Under the pieces are notes generated by a model. It was not told the origin of the DNA. It worked only from the letters and a program-made list of their open reading frames with translations, and did not search any database. Positions 20,009-30,875 of a stretch of DNA of 64,000 nt are shown one piece after another. The DNA is from Methylotenera sp. (lineage in GTDB: Bacteria > Pseudomonadota > Gammaproteobacteria > Burkholderiales > Methylophilaceae), in contig JAUSAG010000036.1 of assembly GCA_030652995.1 (NCBI GenBank), positions 12,349 to 76,348 on the forward strand, given 5' to 3'. The first letter of the stretch is position 1. Each line of letters starts with the position of its first letter. The position numbers and the translations under genes are program-made.

Positions 20009-20863
20009 TTAATCAAAAATCACCGTTTTGTTCGCGTATAGCAAAATACGGTTTTCAATGTGCCAGCGTACCGCTTTTGATAGTACTACGCGCTCTAAAT
20101 CGCGGCCTTTTTGAATTAAGTCTTCTACTTGGTCGCGATGAGAAATGCGGTCTATGCCTTGCTCTATAATCGGACCTTCATCTAGCACTTCTGTCACATA
20201 GTGGCTGGTGGCGCCAATCAGTTTAACGCCGCGTTCAAATGCGCGGTGGTAGGGCCTTGCGCCAATAAATGCCGGTAAAAAAGAGTGATGGATGTTAATG
20301 ATGCGTTGCGGGTAACGCGATACAAAGTCAGGCGACAAAATTTGCATATAGCGCGCCAACACGATTAAATCAATCTGGTACACATCAAACAGTTTGAACT
20401 GCGCGGCTTCAGCGTCTTGTTTATTGGTTTTATTCACCTCAATATAGTGAAAATCTATGCCGTAAAACTGGACTAATTTTTCTACGTCGCGATGGTTGCT
20501 GATCACTAGGGGGATTTCACACGCTAGCTCGCCACTTTTATGGCGATGCAACAAATCAGCTAAGCAATGGTCATATTGCGACACCATGATCGCCACACGT
20601 GTTTTATGTTGTGAGTGTTTGAGTTGCCATTGCATGTTAAATTGCGAGGCGATTGACGCAAAGGCTTCATTAAAGCTGGCGTCATCTAGGCTAAAGCCGG
20701 CTAGATCCCACTCAACGCGCATCAAAAATAGATTATTTTCTGCATCCTGATGTTGGTCTGCGTGTAAAATGTTGGCATTATGTTGATGTAAAAAATCAGC
20801 AATTGCCGCCACGATGCCTCTAGTGTCCGGGCAGGTAATCAATAGGGTTGCGGTGTTTTTCAT
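20009..20863 (-). CDS. purU: Formyltetrahydrofolate deformylase
   Basis: N-terminal ACT domain (LLITCPDTRGIVA), LARYMQILS, INIHHSFLPAF, GATSHYVT and DEGPIIEQ motifs. Confidence 0.97.
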   Translation of the reverse strand: MKNTATLLITCPDTRGIVAAIADFLHQHNANILHADQHQDAENNLFLMRVEWDLAGFSLDDASFNEAFASIASQFNMQWQLKHSQHKTRVAIMVSQYDHCLADLLHRHKSGELACEIPLVISNHRDVEKLVQFYGIDFHYIEVNKTNKQDAEAAQFKLFDVYQIDLIVLARYMQILSPDFVSRYPQRIINIHHSFLPAFIGARPYHRAFERGVKLIGATSHYVTEVLDEGPIIEQGIDRISHRDQVEDLIQKGRDLERVVLSKAVRWHIENRILLYANKTVIFD

Positions 20864-20953
20864 AGCGTTGTTTTTAATACGATTTGTTAAAAATTTATGC
20901 GATTATACCCCGATGCATCAAGCCACTCATCAATTTTGAGATAACGAATTAAA

Positions 20954-21952
20954 ATGACCATCAATACCAACCTCACGCCTAACATTGTGCTTGCTAATCC
21001 TCGCGGTTTTTGCGCAGGTGTTGACCGCGCCATTATTATTGTAGAGCAAGCCTTAGAGAAATTCGGCGCGCCGATTTATGTGCGCCATGAAGTCGTGCAT
21101 AACAAATTTGTGGTGGATGAGTTACGGGCTAAAGGCGCCATATTTATAGAGGAGCTTGATGAGATTCCTACTGGTAGTACCGTTATTTTTAGTGCGCATG
21201 GTGTTTCAAAAGCGGTACGTGCCGAGGCCGATGCGCGTGGCCTGACGGCCTATGATGCGACTTGCCCGCTGGTGACAAAAGTACATATTGAAGTTGAAAA
21301 AATGCGCAAAGCTGGCATGGAAATCATCATGATCGGGCATAAAGGTCACCCTGAAGTTGAGGGGACGATGGGTCAGGTTGAAGCGGGGCAAGCGGACGAA
21401 GCCGAAGACACCAGCTTGGCAATGTATTTAGTAGAAACACCTGAAGATGTAGCACATTTGCAGGTTAAAAATGCTGACAAACTCGCTTATGTGACGCAAA
21501 CCACGCTCTCTATGGATGACGCAACAGCCGTCATTAATGCCCTTAAAGCAAAATTTCCCAATATTCACGCGCCAAAAAGCGACGACATTTGCTACGCCAC
21601 GCAAAATCGCCAAGATGCCGTCAAAATCATGGCAAAAGATTGTGATTTGGTAATTATTGTCGGCTCACCCAATAGTTCTAACTCAAACCGATTGCGTGAA
21701 GTCGCCGAGAATCAAGGGGTTGAAGCTTATATGGTAGATAATGCGAGTTATCTCAAGCCTGAGTGGTTGGTCAGCAAGAAGAAAGTCGGCGTTTCTGCGG
21801 GTGCGTCTGCGCCTGAAGTTTTAGTGCAAGAAGTGATTGCGAAATTACAAAAGTTGGGTGCTGATCATGTGCAAGAGTTGCACGGCGTGGTTGAAAGCGT
21901 GGTGTTTCAATTGCCTAAAAACCTGACTAGCGCTGCTAAACGTAGCCTGTAG
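20954..21952 (+). CDS. ispH: 4-hydroxy-3-methylbut-2-enyl diphosphate reductase
   Basis: [38 protein letters not shown] and SAGASAPE motifs. Confidence 0.97.
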   Translation: MTINTNLTPNIVLANPRGFCAGVDRAIIIVEQALEKFGAPIYVRHEVVHNKFVVDELRAKGAIFIEELDEIPTGSTVIFSAHGVSKAVRAEADARGLTAYDATCPLVTKVHIEVEKMRKAGMEIIMIGHKGHPEVEGTMGQVEAGQADEAEDTSLAMYLVETPEDVAHLQVKNADKLAYVTQTTLSMDDATAVINALKAKFPNIHAPKSDDICYATQNRQDAVKIMAKDCDLVIIVGSPNSSNSNRLREVAENQGVEAYMVDNASYLKPEWLVSKKKVGVSAGASAPEVLVQEVIAKLQKLGADHVQELHGVVESVVFQLPKNLTSAAKRSL

Positions 21953-22022
21953 GAGCGGTCCGTGACCGCGAACAACAATACGAATATGCCACCATCTTCC
22001 GCGGTCACGGACCGCTCCTACA
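21948..22022. repeat. Perfect inverted REP doublet (REPIN-like)
   Basis: TGTAGGAGCGGTCCGTGACCGCG (21948-21970) and its exact reverse complement (22000-22022) flank a 29-bp spacer; GTAG-family REP signature. Confidence 0.85.
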
Positions 22023-22462
22023 AAACTCCGATCTCTGCACTTGTGCTTATCCATACCCCTGATTTGCAGGTGCTCATGATGGAACGCGCCGACAAAGCCG
22101 GGTTTTGGCAATCTGTCACGGGTAGTGTAGAAGGTAATGAAACGCCATACCAGGCCGCCGTTCGTGAAGTGTTTGAAGAAACCGGCCTAGACGCAACTCA
22201 ATACGATTTGCAAGACTGGCAAGTCTCGAATGTGTATGAAATTTACCCGCACTGGCGACACCGATATGCGCTAGGCGTGACGCAAAACTGTGAACATTTG
22301 TTTGGCCTAGAACTACCTGGTAAATTACCCATCAAACTAGCGCCAGACGAGCATGTGCGTTATGAATGGGTAGATTGGCGCGAGGCGGCAAAGCGCGTTT
22401 TTTCATGGACTAATGTGGATGCGTTAAAAAGATTAGGTGAACGACATCAGTTATCGTTATAA
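21986..22462 (+). CDS. nudB: Dihydroneopterin triphosphate diphosphatase NudB
   Basis: YKTPISALV, WQSVTGS, Nudix box (AVREVFEETG) and FSWTN. The start is uncertain (GTG 21962 or ATG 21986, both inside the REP doublet). Confidence 0.93.
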   Translation: MPPSSAVTDRSYKTPISALVLIHTPDLQVLMMERADKAGFWQSVTGSVEGNETPYQAAVREVFEETGLDATQYDLQDWQVSNVYEIYPHWRHRYALGVTQNCEHLFGLELPGKLPIKLAPDEHVRYEWVDWREAAKRVFSWTNVDALKRLGERHQLSL

Positions 22463-22496
22463 AATGACTTTTTTAGAATTCGTACGTTAAATTAAC

Positions 22497-23594
22497 ATGC
22501 AAACAGCAACGATTAAATTTGAGAAATTTCAAGCCGCAGATGATGCAGACTGCCAACGCCGCATTATTGCCGCAAAACAAAAGTTAGGTAAGCGCCTGGT
22601 TATTTTAGGTCATCATTACCAAAATGAAAGCGTGTATCGTCATGCGGATTACACCGGTGATTCGCTGAAACTATCTCGCTATTGTGAGAATCTGGATGCC
22701 GAATACATTGTGTTTTTAGGCGTGCACTTTATGGCTGAAGTAGCGGATATTTTAAGCCGCCCTGACCAAATCGCCATTCTGCCTGATCTTGCTGCTGGCT
22801 GCTCAATGGCGGATATGGCTAACCTTGCCAAGGTTGAACGCAGCTATCGCGAGCTAAATAAAGTACTTAATTTTGACGAGAAAATCACCCCTGTTACCTA
22901 CATTAACTCTGCGGCTGACCTCAAAGCTTTTTGTGGTGAACATGGCGGTATTGTTTGCACCAGCACCAATGCACCCAAAATTTTAGACTGGAGCTTTAAG
23001 CAGCGTGAAAAGGTACTGTTCTTTCCAGACCAAAATTTAGGTCGCTGGAGTGGCCATAAAATGGGGATTCCTTTGGATCAAATGCCAGTATGGGACCCAG
23101 ACCAGCCACTTGGTGGTTTAACTGTTGAGCAGATTAAGCATGCAAAGATCTTGTTATGGAAAGGGCATTGTGCGGTACATCAAATGTTCCGCTTACAAAA
23201 TATCACCAAGTTTCGCGCTGAACACCCTGATGGTTTTGTGATTTCACATCCTGAAGCACCGTTTGAAGTTTGTCTAAACTCTGATTATGTCGGCTCAACT
23301 GAATATATTTTAAAAACAATCACTGATGCGCCGGCTAATACCAAATGGTTGGTAGGCACTGAGCTTAATCTGGTCAATCGCTTAGCTGAGCAAATGAAAC
23401 CGCAAGGTAAGCTAGTGCAGTTTATGAGCCATGTGGTGTGCGAATGCTCTACCATGGCGCGTATAGATCCACAGCATCTAGCATGGGTATTAGAGAATTT
23501 GGTTGAAGGCAAAGTAGTGAACCAAATCAAAGTGCCCGAACATGAGGCGAAACTGGCTAAACTTACGTTAGAACGGATGTTGGCGGCTTCGTAA
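22497..23594 (+). CDS. nadA: Quinolinate synthase NadA
   Basis: ILGHHYQ, GDSLKLS, AGCSMADMA, YINS, CAVH and CECSTM motifs. Confidence 0.95.
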   Translation: MQTATIKFEKFQAADDADCQRRIIAAKQKLGKRLVILGHHYQNESVYRHADYTGDSLKLSRYCENLDAEYIVFLGVHFMAEVADILSRPDQIAILPDLAAGCSMADMANLAKVERSYRELNKVLNFDEKITPVTYINSAADLKAFCGEHGGIVCTSTNAPKILDWSFKQREKVLFFPDQNLGRWSGHKMGIPLDQMPVWDPDQPLGGLTVEQIKHAKILLWKGHCAVHQMFRLQNITKFRAEHPDGFVISHPEAPFEVCLNSDYVGSTEYILKTITDAPANTKWLVGTELNLVNRLAEQMKPQGKLVQFMSHVVCECSTMARIDPQHLAWVLENLVEGKVVNQIKVPEHEAKLAKLTLERMLAAS

Positions 23595-23617
23595 TCTCTT
23601 GAGCTAACTTAAAAATT

Positions 23618-23651
23618 ACTGTCATTTCGAACGCAAGTGAGAAATGACAGT
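23618..23651. terminator. Hairpin after nadA (terminator or degenerate REP-like element)
   Basis: Stem ACTGTCATTTC / GAAATGACAGT with a 12-nt loop. Confidence 0.45.
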
Positions 23652-23685
23652 GAAAATATTTCACGTTTAATCATCAAAATATACC

Positions 23686-24120
23686 ATGAACCCAACCTGC
23701 CCACTTTGTCAGCCAACAACGCACGAAACATTATGGCAAGATGATTTCTGCCGTGTGGTGTTGCTTAATGATGCAGACTACCCTGCTTATTGTCGTGTTG
23801 AATTACTGGCGCACGTGAAAGAAATGACGGATTTACCTCCGCCACAACGCGCACGCATGATGAAAACAGTGTTTGCAGTTGAAGTGGCGTTAAGAGAAGT
23901 TATTCATCCAGATAAAATCAATTTAGCCAGCCTAGGCAATAAAACCCCGCATGTGCATTGGCATGTGATTCCACGCTTTGAGCATGATAAACACTTTCCA
24001 AACTCACACTGGGGTGAGGTATTGCGGGGTGGAAGCCCAGCGCAGCTTGATATCAATGACAAAAAAATACTCATTGAAAAAATGGGCGCGCATATAGAAT
24101 GTGCTTTAAAGTCCAAATAA
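23686..24120 (+). CDS. HIT family protein
   Basis: CPLC N-terminus and the INLASLGNKTPHVHWHVIPR histidine triad. Confidence 0.92.
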   Translation: MNPTCPLCQPTTHETLWQDDFCRVVLLNDADYPAYCRVELLAHVKEMTDLPPPQRARMMKTVFAVEVALREVIHPDKINLASLGNKTPHVHWHVIPRFEHDKHFPNSHWGEVLRGGSPAQLDINDKKILIEKMGAHIECALKSK

Positions 24121-24129
24121 ACAACTTTC

Positions 24130-24258
24130 CCACGAAATACACCAAAAGCACGAAATTAGTTGGTGCTTTATCAGTTAGTGCGGCGTTACCATTCCAAGTC
24201 CTAATGGAAAATCTGGGTTAAATTTTTTGTTTTTTCGTGGCTTTGGTGTATTTCGTGG
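24130..24258. repeat. Inverted-repeat element (CCACGAAA-type arms)
   Basis: 26-bp arms at 24130-24155 and 24233-24258 match at 24/26 positions as inverted repeats; 77-bp spacer; lies between convergent genes. Confidence 0.7.
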
Positions 24259-24264
24259 ACTATA

Positions 24265-24576
24265 TTAAACCACCAACCGCTCAACCACCTTGCCATTGAT
24301 TAGATGACTTTCAATAATCTCATCAATGTCTTCATTATCAATAAATGTGTACCAAATCCCCTGCGGATAAACCACCAATAACGGCCCTTCACCACAGCGA
24401 TCAAAACAGCCGGCGCGGTTAACGCGTACTTTGCCTTCACCGTTTAAATTAAGCTGTTTTACCCGCGCTTTCATGTGATCAAACGCGACTTCTGCACCTT
24501 TATCCATACAGCAGGCTGCGCCATTTTCACGTTGATTGAGGCAGAAAAATATGTGATATTGAAAGTGGTTAGTCAT
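24265..24576 (-). CDS. Thioredoxin-like [2Fe-2S] ferredoxin
   Basis: HIFFCLNQR...CC...RVNRAGCFDRCGEGPLLVVYPQGIWY motif. Confidence 0.9.
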   Translation of the reverse strand: MTNHFQYHIFFCLNQRENGAACCMDKGAEVAFDHMKARVKQLNLNGEGKVRVNRAGCFDRCGEGPLLVVYPQGIWYTFIDNEDIDEIIESHLINGKVVERLVV

Positions 24577-24615
24577 CAGTTGTGAGTGCTTAATAGAGAA
24601 TGTCATGAAGGGGAA

Positions 24616-25605
24616 TCACTCAGTAGCTAGATTGTCTTCTTTGGTAAACGTCCAAGTTCTGGTAATACTCAATACGTCAATTTCCTTACGCACATCATCA
24701 GGAAAATGCGCATAGGGCGCACCCATTTCCACAATGTGTATCGCGGCTGCATCCAGCACTTTATGCCCTGAACTGCGGTTAATTTCAATCGACTCGATAC
24801 TGCCATCGGCTTTAATGGATACGGTTAATTGCAATTGACCATAAAGTTTTAAATTTTTAGCCGCTTCCGGGTAGTTTAGATTGCCCACTTTTTCTACTTT
24901 TTGCCGCCATGATTCTACATAAAGGGCATAACGGTATTCTTTAGTGCGTGCGCCTATAAATTTACGTTTTGGACGTTTTTGGTATTCATCTTGCTGTTTA
25001 GAAATAATCGCTTCCAGCCGGTCCATTTCTAATGCGGTTGCGGTGATGTCAGCCAAATTCAGTTTTCTATTAGGCGTTTTTTGATCATCAGCATCTGCTT
25101 CTTTAGCAGCCGACTTTTGTGTTTGTTTGGACTCTACAATATTAGCCGCGTTAATTTGTGTCATCAGGGCTTGTGCTTGCTTCTCTAGCTCGGCTACGTT
25201 TTTCTGATCTCGCACTTGTTCAGCCGCTTGCTTAGACGCTTTGGCGGCTTTTTTTGTGACAGCCTCTGGCTTGGCTGTAAACTCTGCTTTTTGCTGCTTT
25301 AAGGCGGGTAACGCCGTTTTCATTTTTCGGTCTAGCTCTGTATTGCCGCCACGATCTAAATTAGCTTGCGCATATACTTCAGTGTTTTCTGGCTTAGCTT
25401 GCGTTTTTGCATTGACTAATACCACTTGTAATACAGGTAAATTATCACGAACTTTTTTAAGTTCCGGCTCAAAGTGAATACTTAAAATAACAAGGTGTAA
25501 AGCGATTGAACTCCAAATGGCAATGCTCATCACGCTCATGACTTTTAATTTAGCAATCAGCGTAGTCTGCGTTTTTAATTCAGTTTTTTTGCGTTGCTTA
25601 GCCAA
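24616..25605 (-). CDS. TonB family energy transducer
   Basis: N-terminal TM (SIALHLVIL), Ala/Lys/Gln-rich linker, and TonB_C (GNLNYPEAA...SSGHKVLDAAA...ITRTWTF). Confidence 0.85.
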   Translation of the reverse strand: MAKQRKKTELKTQTTLIAKLKVMSVMSIAIWSSIALHLVILSIHFEPELKKVRDNLPVLQVVLVNAKTQAKPENTEVYAQANLDRGGNTELDRKMKTALPALKQQKAEFTAKPEAVTKKAAKASKQAAEQVRDQKNVAELEKQAQALMTQINAANIVESKQTQKSAAKEADADDQKTPNRKLNLADITATALEMDRLEAIISKQQDEYQKRPKRKFIGARTKEYRYALYVESWRQKVEKVGNLNYPEAAKNLKLYGQLQLTVSIKADGSIESIEINRSSGHKVLDAAAIHIVEMGAPYAHFPDDVRKEIDVLSITRTWTFTKEDNLATE

Positions 25606-25609
25606 AGTT

Positions 25610-26998
25610 TTACACTTCTTTTAATGCATCAAGTATTTTTTGATGAACACCGCCAAAGCCACCATTGCTCATTACCAGCACGTGGTCACCAGGTTTTGCC
25701 GCTTGTGTAATGGCGGTCACCAGTTGCTTTAAATCATCATGTACTTGAGTTTTGCTACTGATTGGCGCCAAGGCCTCGGTAGCATCCCATCCCAAATTAG
25801 CTTGGTAGCAAAACACCAAATCTGCTTCTTGTAGGCTAGCTGGCAGTGCATTTTTCATCACGCCCAGCTTCATGGTATTAGAGCGCGGCTCTAATACTGC
25901 CAAGATTCTAGAACCGTCGCGTGCGCTGCCAACTTTAGCGCGCAAGCCTGCCACGGTGGTTTCAATAGCGGTGGGGTGGTGCGCAAAGTCATCATACACC
26001 GTCACCCCATTGACTTCGCCTCGTGTTTCCATGCGACGTTTTACATTTTTGAATTCAGTTAATGCGGCGATGCTCACTTCAACTGCAACACCTGCATGTC
26101 TGCCTGCGGCGATACTCGCCAGCGCATTCATACGGTTGTGTTCGCCTAATAAATTCCATGCGACGCGACCTTGTGGTTTGCCCTTGTAAAGCACATTAAA
26201 ACTGCCGTCGCCTTGAGCGTTAGCCGCTTGCCAATCAGCATCTGTGCCAAATTTTTCTACAGGTGTCCAGCAGCCCTTATCTATCACACGTTGTAAGCTA
26301 GCTTCTTTACCATTAGCTACTACTAAACCTTGCTGCGGAACAGTGCGTACTAAATGATGAAATTGTTTTTCAATTGCGTCTAGATCTTCAAAAATATCTG
26401 CGTGATCAAATTCCAGATTGTTTAACACCGCTGTGCGCGGGCGGTAATGCACAAATTTGGAGCGTTTATCAAAAAATGCCGTGTCGTATTCATCCGCTTC
26501 AATCACAAAGAAGGGTGAAATGCTGTTGCTATCTTGTTTGGGTGCTTGCGGCAAGCGTGCAGAAACTGCAAAGTTTTCAGGTACGCCACCGATTAAAAAA
26601 CCAGGTGCTAAACCTGCATATTCCAATATCCATGCCAGCATGGATGATGTGGTGGTTTTACCATGCGTACCTGCTACCGCTAACACCCACTTGCCTTGTA
26701 GCACATTCTCTGCCAGCCATTGCGGACCAGAGATATAAGGTAACCCCTGATTAAGAATTTCTTCCATCAGCGGATTGCCACGCGATACCACATTGCCAAT
26801 CACGTAAATATCAGGATTAAGTTTAGTTTGCGCAGGGTCAAAACCTTCAATCAACTCAATGCCTTGCGCCCCCAGTTGTGTGCTCATCGGTGGATAAACA
26901 TTAGCATCACAACCCGTGACCCTATGTCCAGCCGCCTTTGCTAACACAGCAATGCCGCCCATGAACGTGCCGCAGATGCCTAAAATATGAATGTGCAT
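25610..26998 (-). CDS. mpl: Murein peptide ligase Mpl
   Basis: MHIHILGICGTFMGG, AGTHGKTTTS, EADEYD, DDFAHHPTA and MSNGGFGG motifs. Confidence 0.96.
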   Translation of the reverse strand: MHIHILGICGTFMGGIAVLAKAAGHRVTGCDANVYPPMSTQLGAQGIELIEGFDPAQTKLNPDIYVIGNVVSRGNPLMEEILNQGLPYISGPQWLAENVLQGKWVLAVAGTHGKTTTSSMLAWILEYAGLAPGFLIGGVPENFAVSARLPQAPKQDSNSISPFFVIEADEYDTAFFDKRSKFVHYRPRTAVLNNLEFDHADIFEDLDAIEKQFHHLVRTVPQQGLVVANGKEASLQRVIDKGCWTPVEKFGTDADWQAANAQGDGSFNVLYKGKPQGRVAWNLLGEHNRMNALASIAAGRHAGVAVEVSIAALTEFKNVKRRMETRGEVNGVTVYDDFAHHPTAIETTVAGLRAKVGSARDGSRILAVLEPRSNTMKLGVMKNALPASLQEADLVFCYQANLGWDATEALAPISSKTQVHDDLKQLVTAITQAAKPGDHVLVMSNGGFGGVHQKILDALKEV

Positions 26999-27017
26999 AG
27001 AGTTAATTCTAATAGTT

Positions 27018-30000
27018 TTAAGAGAGATTTGGCGCAAGCCAGCGTTCTAGATAGTCTTTTGGTAGCCCTCTACGTTGTGCCATATCCAGCCATTGGTCTT
27101 CACCAATTTTATCAACACTAAAGTATTTAGCTTGGCGGTGCGCAAAGTAAAAGCCAGAAACTGCCGCTGCAGGTTGCATGGCGAATGATTCGGTGAGTGT
27201 CATGCCGATTTCATCGCATTGCAGTAAGTTGAACATATCGGTTTTTACGGTATGGTCGGGGCAGGCGGGGTAGCCAGGTGCGGGGCGAATGCCTTGATAA
27301 GATTCTTTAATCAGCGCATCAACTGGCAACGTTTCATTTGCCGCGTAACCCCATAAATCAGTGCGGATGCGCTCATGCATGTATTCAGCAAAAGCTTCGG
27401 CAAGCCTATCCGCCAGCGATTTGAACATAATGCCGCTGTAATCATCATGCGCATCGGCAAAACGTTTTTCAATTTTCTCTGTCCCTAAACCTGCCGTCAC
27501 CGCGAATAAGCCGATGTAATCTGCGGCCTCACCTTTAGGCGCAATTAAGTCACTTAAACATTGATTTGGGCGCGGCACGCCATCAATCACTGGTTTTACG
27601 CTTTGCTGACGCATGCCGTAGTAAGTAAAGGCGACTTGATTGCGACTGTCGTCGGTGTAGATTTCAATATCGTCATCATTCACTGTGTTAGCAGGCATGA
27701 GCGCAATGACGCCATTGGCGCTGAGCCATCTGCCATCAATGATTTTTTTGAGCATGGCTTGCGCTTCAGCAAATACTTTAGTTGCCGCGTCACCTACCAC
27801 ATGGTCACTTAAAATCGCGGGATAGCTACCGGCTAAATCCCAAGTTTGAAAGAACGGCGACCAGTCGATATATTTGGCGATTAAGCTTAAATCAATGTTC
27901 TTAAACACGCGGCGACCAATAAATTTTGGTTTTACGGGTGTATTGTCGCCATCAAAAGCAAGTTTCATTTTGTTCTTACGGGCATCGGCAATCGTCAGCA
28001 AAGGCACGCCTTTTTTATTGGCGTGTTGTGCGCGTGCTTTTTCGTAATCTGTATTGATATCGGCAATATAAGCATCGCGCGTTCCTGGCGTAAGTAGCGA
28101 TTGCATCACCGCCACCGAGCGCGAGGCATCAGGCACATAAATAATTGGGCCGTCATAAAACGGGGCAATTTTAACGGCGGTGTGGGCACGCGAAGTCGTG
28201 GCGCCACCAATCAGTAAGGGCATTTTTAAATCATGAAAATACGGGTCGCGTTGCATCTCTTTTGCCACATACGCCATTTCTTCCAACGACGGCGTAATCA
28301 ACCCCGATAAGCCAATAATATCTGCATTCTCGGCCTTGGCCATCGCCAAAATTTCAGCCGCGGGCACCATCACGCCCATGTTGACCACTTCGAAGTTATT
28401 GCATTGCAACACTACCGAGACGATATTTTTACCAATGTCATGCACGTCGCCTTTTACTGTGGCAATCACCACTTTACCTTTTGGTTTAGCGACAACGCCG
28501 GTGCGCTCTTGCTCTAGCGCTTTCTCTGCTTCAATGAACGGGATTAAATGCGCTACGGCTTGCTTCATCACGCGGGCAGACTTCACCACTTGCGGCAGAA
28601 ACATCTTGCCCTGACCGAATAAATCGCCGACCACGTTCATGCCGTCCATCAAGGGGCCTTCAATCACGTGGATGGGTCTGCCACCACTTGCCATGACTGC
28701 CGCGCGCGCTTCTTCGGTGTCGTCCACAATAAAGTCGGTAATGCCATGCACCATGGCGTGGCTCAGGCGTTTAGCCACTGGCGCGGGGGCTTCAGCCGTG
28801 CCGCGCCACTCTAATGTTGCAGCTTCTTTTTTGCCTCCGGCCACTAGCGTACTGGCAATTTCTATCATGCGCTCGGTCGGGGCGAGTAGATTATTCTCAT
28901 CGATAATACGGTTGAGTACCACGTCTTCCACACGTTGTTTTAGCTCTGGAGCGAGGTCATCGTACACACCCATCATGCCGGCATTAACAATACCCATGGT
29001 CATGCCCGCTTTAATGGCGTGATATAAAAACACGGTATGAATCGCTTCACGCGCAGGGTCGTTGCCCCTAAAACTGAAACTGACATTAGATACGCCGCCC
29101 GATATTTTGGCATGCGGTAAATTTTGCTTAATCCAGCGCGTAGCTTCAATAAAGTCCACGGCGTAATTGTTGTGCTCTTCAATCCCTGTCGCGATGGCGA
29201 AAATATTGGGGTCAAAAATAATGTCTTCTGGCGGGAAATCAATCCCTACCAATAAGTCATAGGCACGTTTGCAGATTTCTGTTTTTCGCGCGTAAGTATC
29301 GGCCTGACCCTTTTCGTCAAACGCCATCACAATAATGGACGCACCGTAACGGCGACACAGTTTAGCCTGGCGCAAAAACTCCGCCTCGCCTTCTTTCATC
29401 GAGATTGAATTAACAATCGACTTGCCCTGCACGCATTTCAAGCCGGCTTCTATCACGCTCCACTTGCTGGAATCGATCATAATCGGCACGCGCGCAATAT
29501 CAGGCTCACTGGCGATTAAGTTTAAAAAGTGCGTCATGGCCTGCACGGCATCCAGCATGCCTTCATCCATGTTAATGTCGATGACTTGTGCACCGTTTTC
29601 AACCTGCTGCCGCGCCACGCTCAAGGCTTCTTCAAACTGACCATTGATAATCATGCGTGCAAAGGCTTTGCTGCCGGTAACGTTGGTGCGCTCGCCCACA
29701 TTGACGAATAGTGAATTCTCGTCAATGATAAATGGCTCCAAGCCTGAGAGTTTGGTGACCGGTGCAAGTGTCGGCACCTGACGTGGCGGCAGGTTTTTAA
29801 TAGCCTCAAAAATCGACTTAATGTGCGGCGGGGTAGTGCCACAGCAACCACCCGCGATGTTGATAAAGCCACTGGTAGCGAATTCTTTTATTAGGCTGGA
29901 CGTCACATCAGGCGTTTCATCAAAGCCGGTATCGCTCATTGGATTGGGTAGCCCTGCATTCGGGTAAATACACACAAAAGTATCGGCAATTTTTGAAAGC

Positions 30001-30809
30001 TCCTCTGCATAAGGACGCATTAAAGTTGCGCCCAAAGCACAGTTTAAACCGATGGTGATTGGCTTAGCATGACGTACCGAATGCCAAAATGCCGTCACAG
30101 TTTGACCAGATAAAATACGCCCTGAAGCATCAGTCACCGTACCTGAAATCATAATCGGGTAACGCTGTCCGCTCTCTTCAAAAAATGTATCGATAGCAAA
30201 TAAAGCTGCCTTGCAATTGAGCGTATCAAAGATGGTTTCCACCATTAAGATATCAGCACCACCTTCTACCAGTGCTCGCGTTTGCTCTAAGTAAGCATTC
30301 ACCAACTGATCAAAACTCACATTACGCGATGCGGGGTCATTTACATCAGGCGAGATGCTGGCGGTTTTTGGTGTGGGCCCCAACGTGCCTGCCACAAAGC
30401 GCGGTTTATCTGGTGTGCTGTATTTATCGCAGGCTGTGCGGGCAAGCTTGGCCGATTGCACATTCATCTCGTAAACAAGATGCGCCATGTGGTAATCATC
30501 CTGCGCCACACTGGTGGCACCGAAGGTGTTGGTTTCGATAATGTCGGCGCCTGCGGCCAAGTATTGCTCGTGAATTTCTTGAATAATTTGCGGTTGTGTC
30601 AGGCTTAACAGCTCGTTATTGCCTTTTACAAACAGCTGGCGCTCGCCTGTCGGCGCAGCAAAGTCAGCAAAACGCTCACCGCGATAATCGGCCTCGGTCT
30701 GCTTATATTGCTGAATCATGGTGCCCATAGCGCCATCCAGTATAAGGATGCGCTGTTTGAGCAGTGCTCGAAGTTTTATTTCTGTTGCAGATGCGATTGA
30801 TTGGTTCAT
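27018..30809 (-). CDS. metH: Cobalamin-dependent methionine synthase
   Basis: [35 protein letters not shown] and [10 protein letters not shown] motifs; 1263 aa. Confidence 0.98.
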   Translation of the reverse strand: MNQSIASATEIKLRALLKQRILILDGAMGTMIQQYKQTEADYRGERFADFAAPTGERQLFVKGNNELLSLTQPQIIQEIHEQYLAAGADIIETNTFGATSVAQDDYHMAHLVYEMNVQSAKLARTACDKYSTPDKPRFVAGTLGPTPKTASISPDVNDPASRNVSFDQLVNAYLEQTRALVEGGADILMVETIFDTLNCKAALFAIDTFFEESGQRYPIMISGTVTDASGRILSGQTVTAFWHSVRHAKPITIGLNCALGATLMRPYAEELSKIADTFVCIYPNAGLPNPMSDTGFDETPDVTSSLIKEFATSGFINIAGGCCGTTPPHIKSIFEAIKNLPPRQVPTLAPVTKLSGLEPFIIDENSLFVNVGERTNVTGSKAFARMIINGQFEEALSVARQQVENGAQVIDINMDEGMLDAVQAMTHFLNLIASEPDIARVPIMIDSSKWSVIEAGLKCVQGKSIVNSISMKEGEAEFLRQAKLCRRYGASIIVMAFDEKGQADTYARKTEICKRAYDLLVGIDFPPEDIIFDPNIFAIATGIEEHNNYAVDFIEATRWIKQNLPHAKISGGVSNVSFSFRGNDPAREAIHTVFLYHAIKAGMTMGIVNAGMMGVYDDLAPELKQRVEDVVLNRIIDENNLLAPTERMIEIASTLVAGGKKEAATLEWRGTAEAPAPVAKRLSHAMVHGITDFIVDDTEEARAAVMASGGRPIHVIEGPLMDGMNVVGDLFGQGKMFLPQVVKSARVMKQAVAHLIPFIEAEKALEQERTGVVAKPKGKVVIATVKGDVHDIGKNIVSVVLQCNNFEVVNMGVMVPAAEILAMAKAENADIIGLSGLITPSLEEMAYVAKEMQRDPYFHDLKMPLLIGGATTSRAHTAVKIAPFYDGPIIYVPDASRSVAVMQSLLTPGTRDAYIADINTDYEKARAQHANKKGVPLLTIADARKNKMKLAFDGDNTPVKPKFIGRRVFKNIDLSLIAKYIDWSPFFQTWDLAGSYPAILSDHVVGDAATKVFAEAQAMLKKIIDGRWLSANGVIALMPANTVNDDDIEIYTDDSRNQVAFTYYGMRQQSVKPVIDGVPRPNQCLSDLIAPKGEAADYIGLFAVTAGLGTEKIEKRFADAHDDYSGIMFKSLADRLAEAFAEYMHERIRTDLWGYAANETLPVDALIKESYQGIRPAPGYPACPDHTVKTDMFNLLQCDEIGMTLTESFAMQPAAAVSGFYFAHRQAKYFSVDKIGEDQWLDMAQRRGLPKDYLERWLAPNLS

Positions 30810-30875
30810 GAAGAATCAGTGATTAAAATTTATCTAATTTTATCACGCAACCTGTTTTGTCAGGTAACTAGCCCA

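Noticed and set aside
27018-27037. Apparent metH/mpl overlap, and pilY1/pilX overlap at 14941-15023
   Set aside because: These are artefacts of longest-ORF start choice; the likely starts are 26998 (mpl) and 14918 (pilY1).
30810-30875. Cobalamin or SAM riboswitch upstream of metH
   Set aside because: Only about 65 bp are available, with a small hairpin and no riboswitch motifs.
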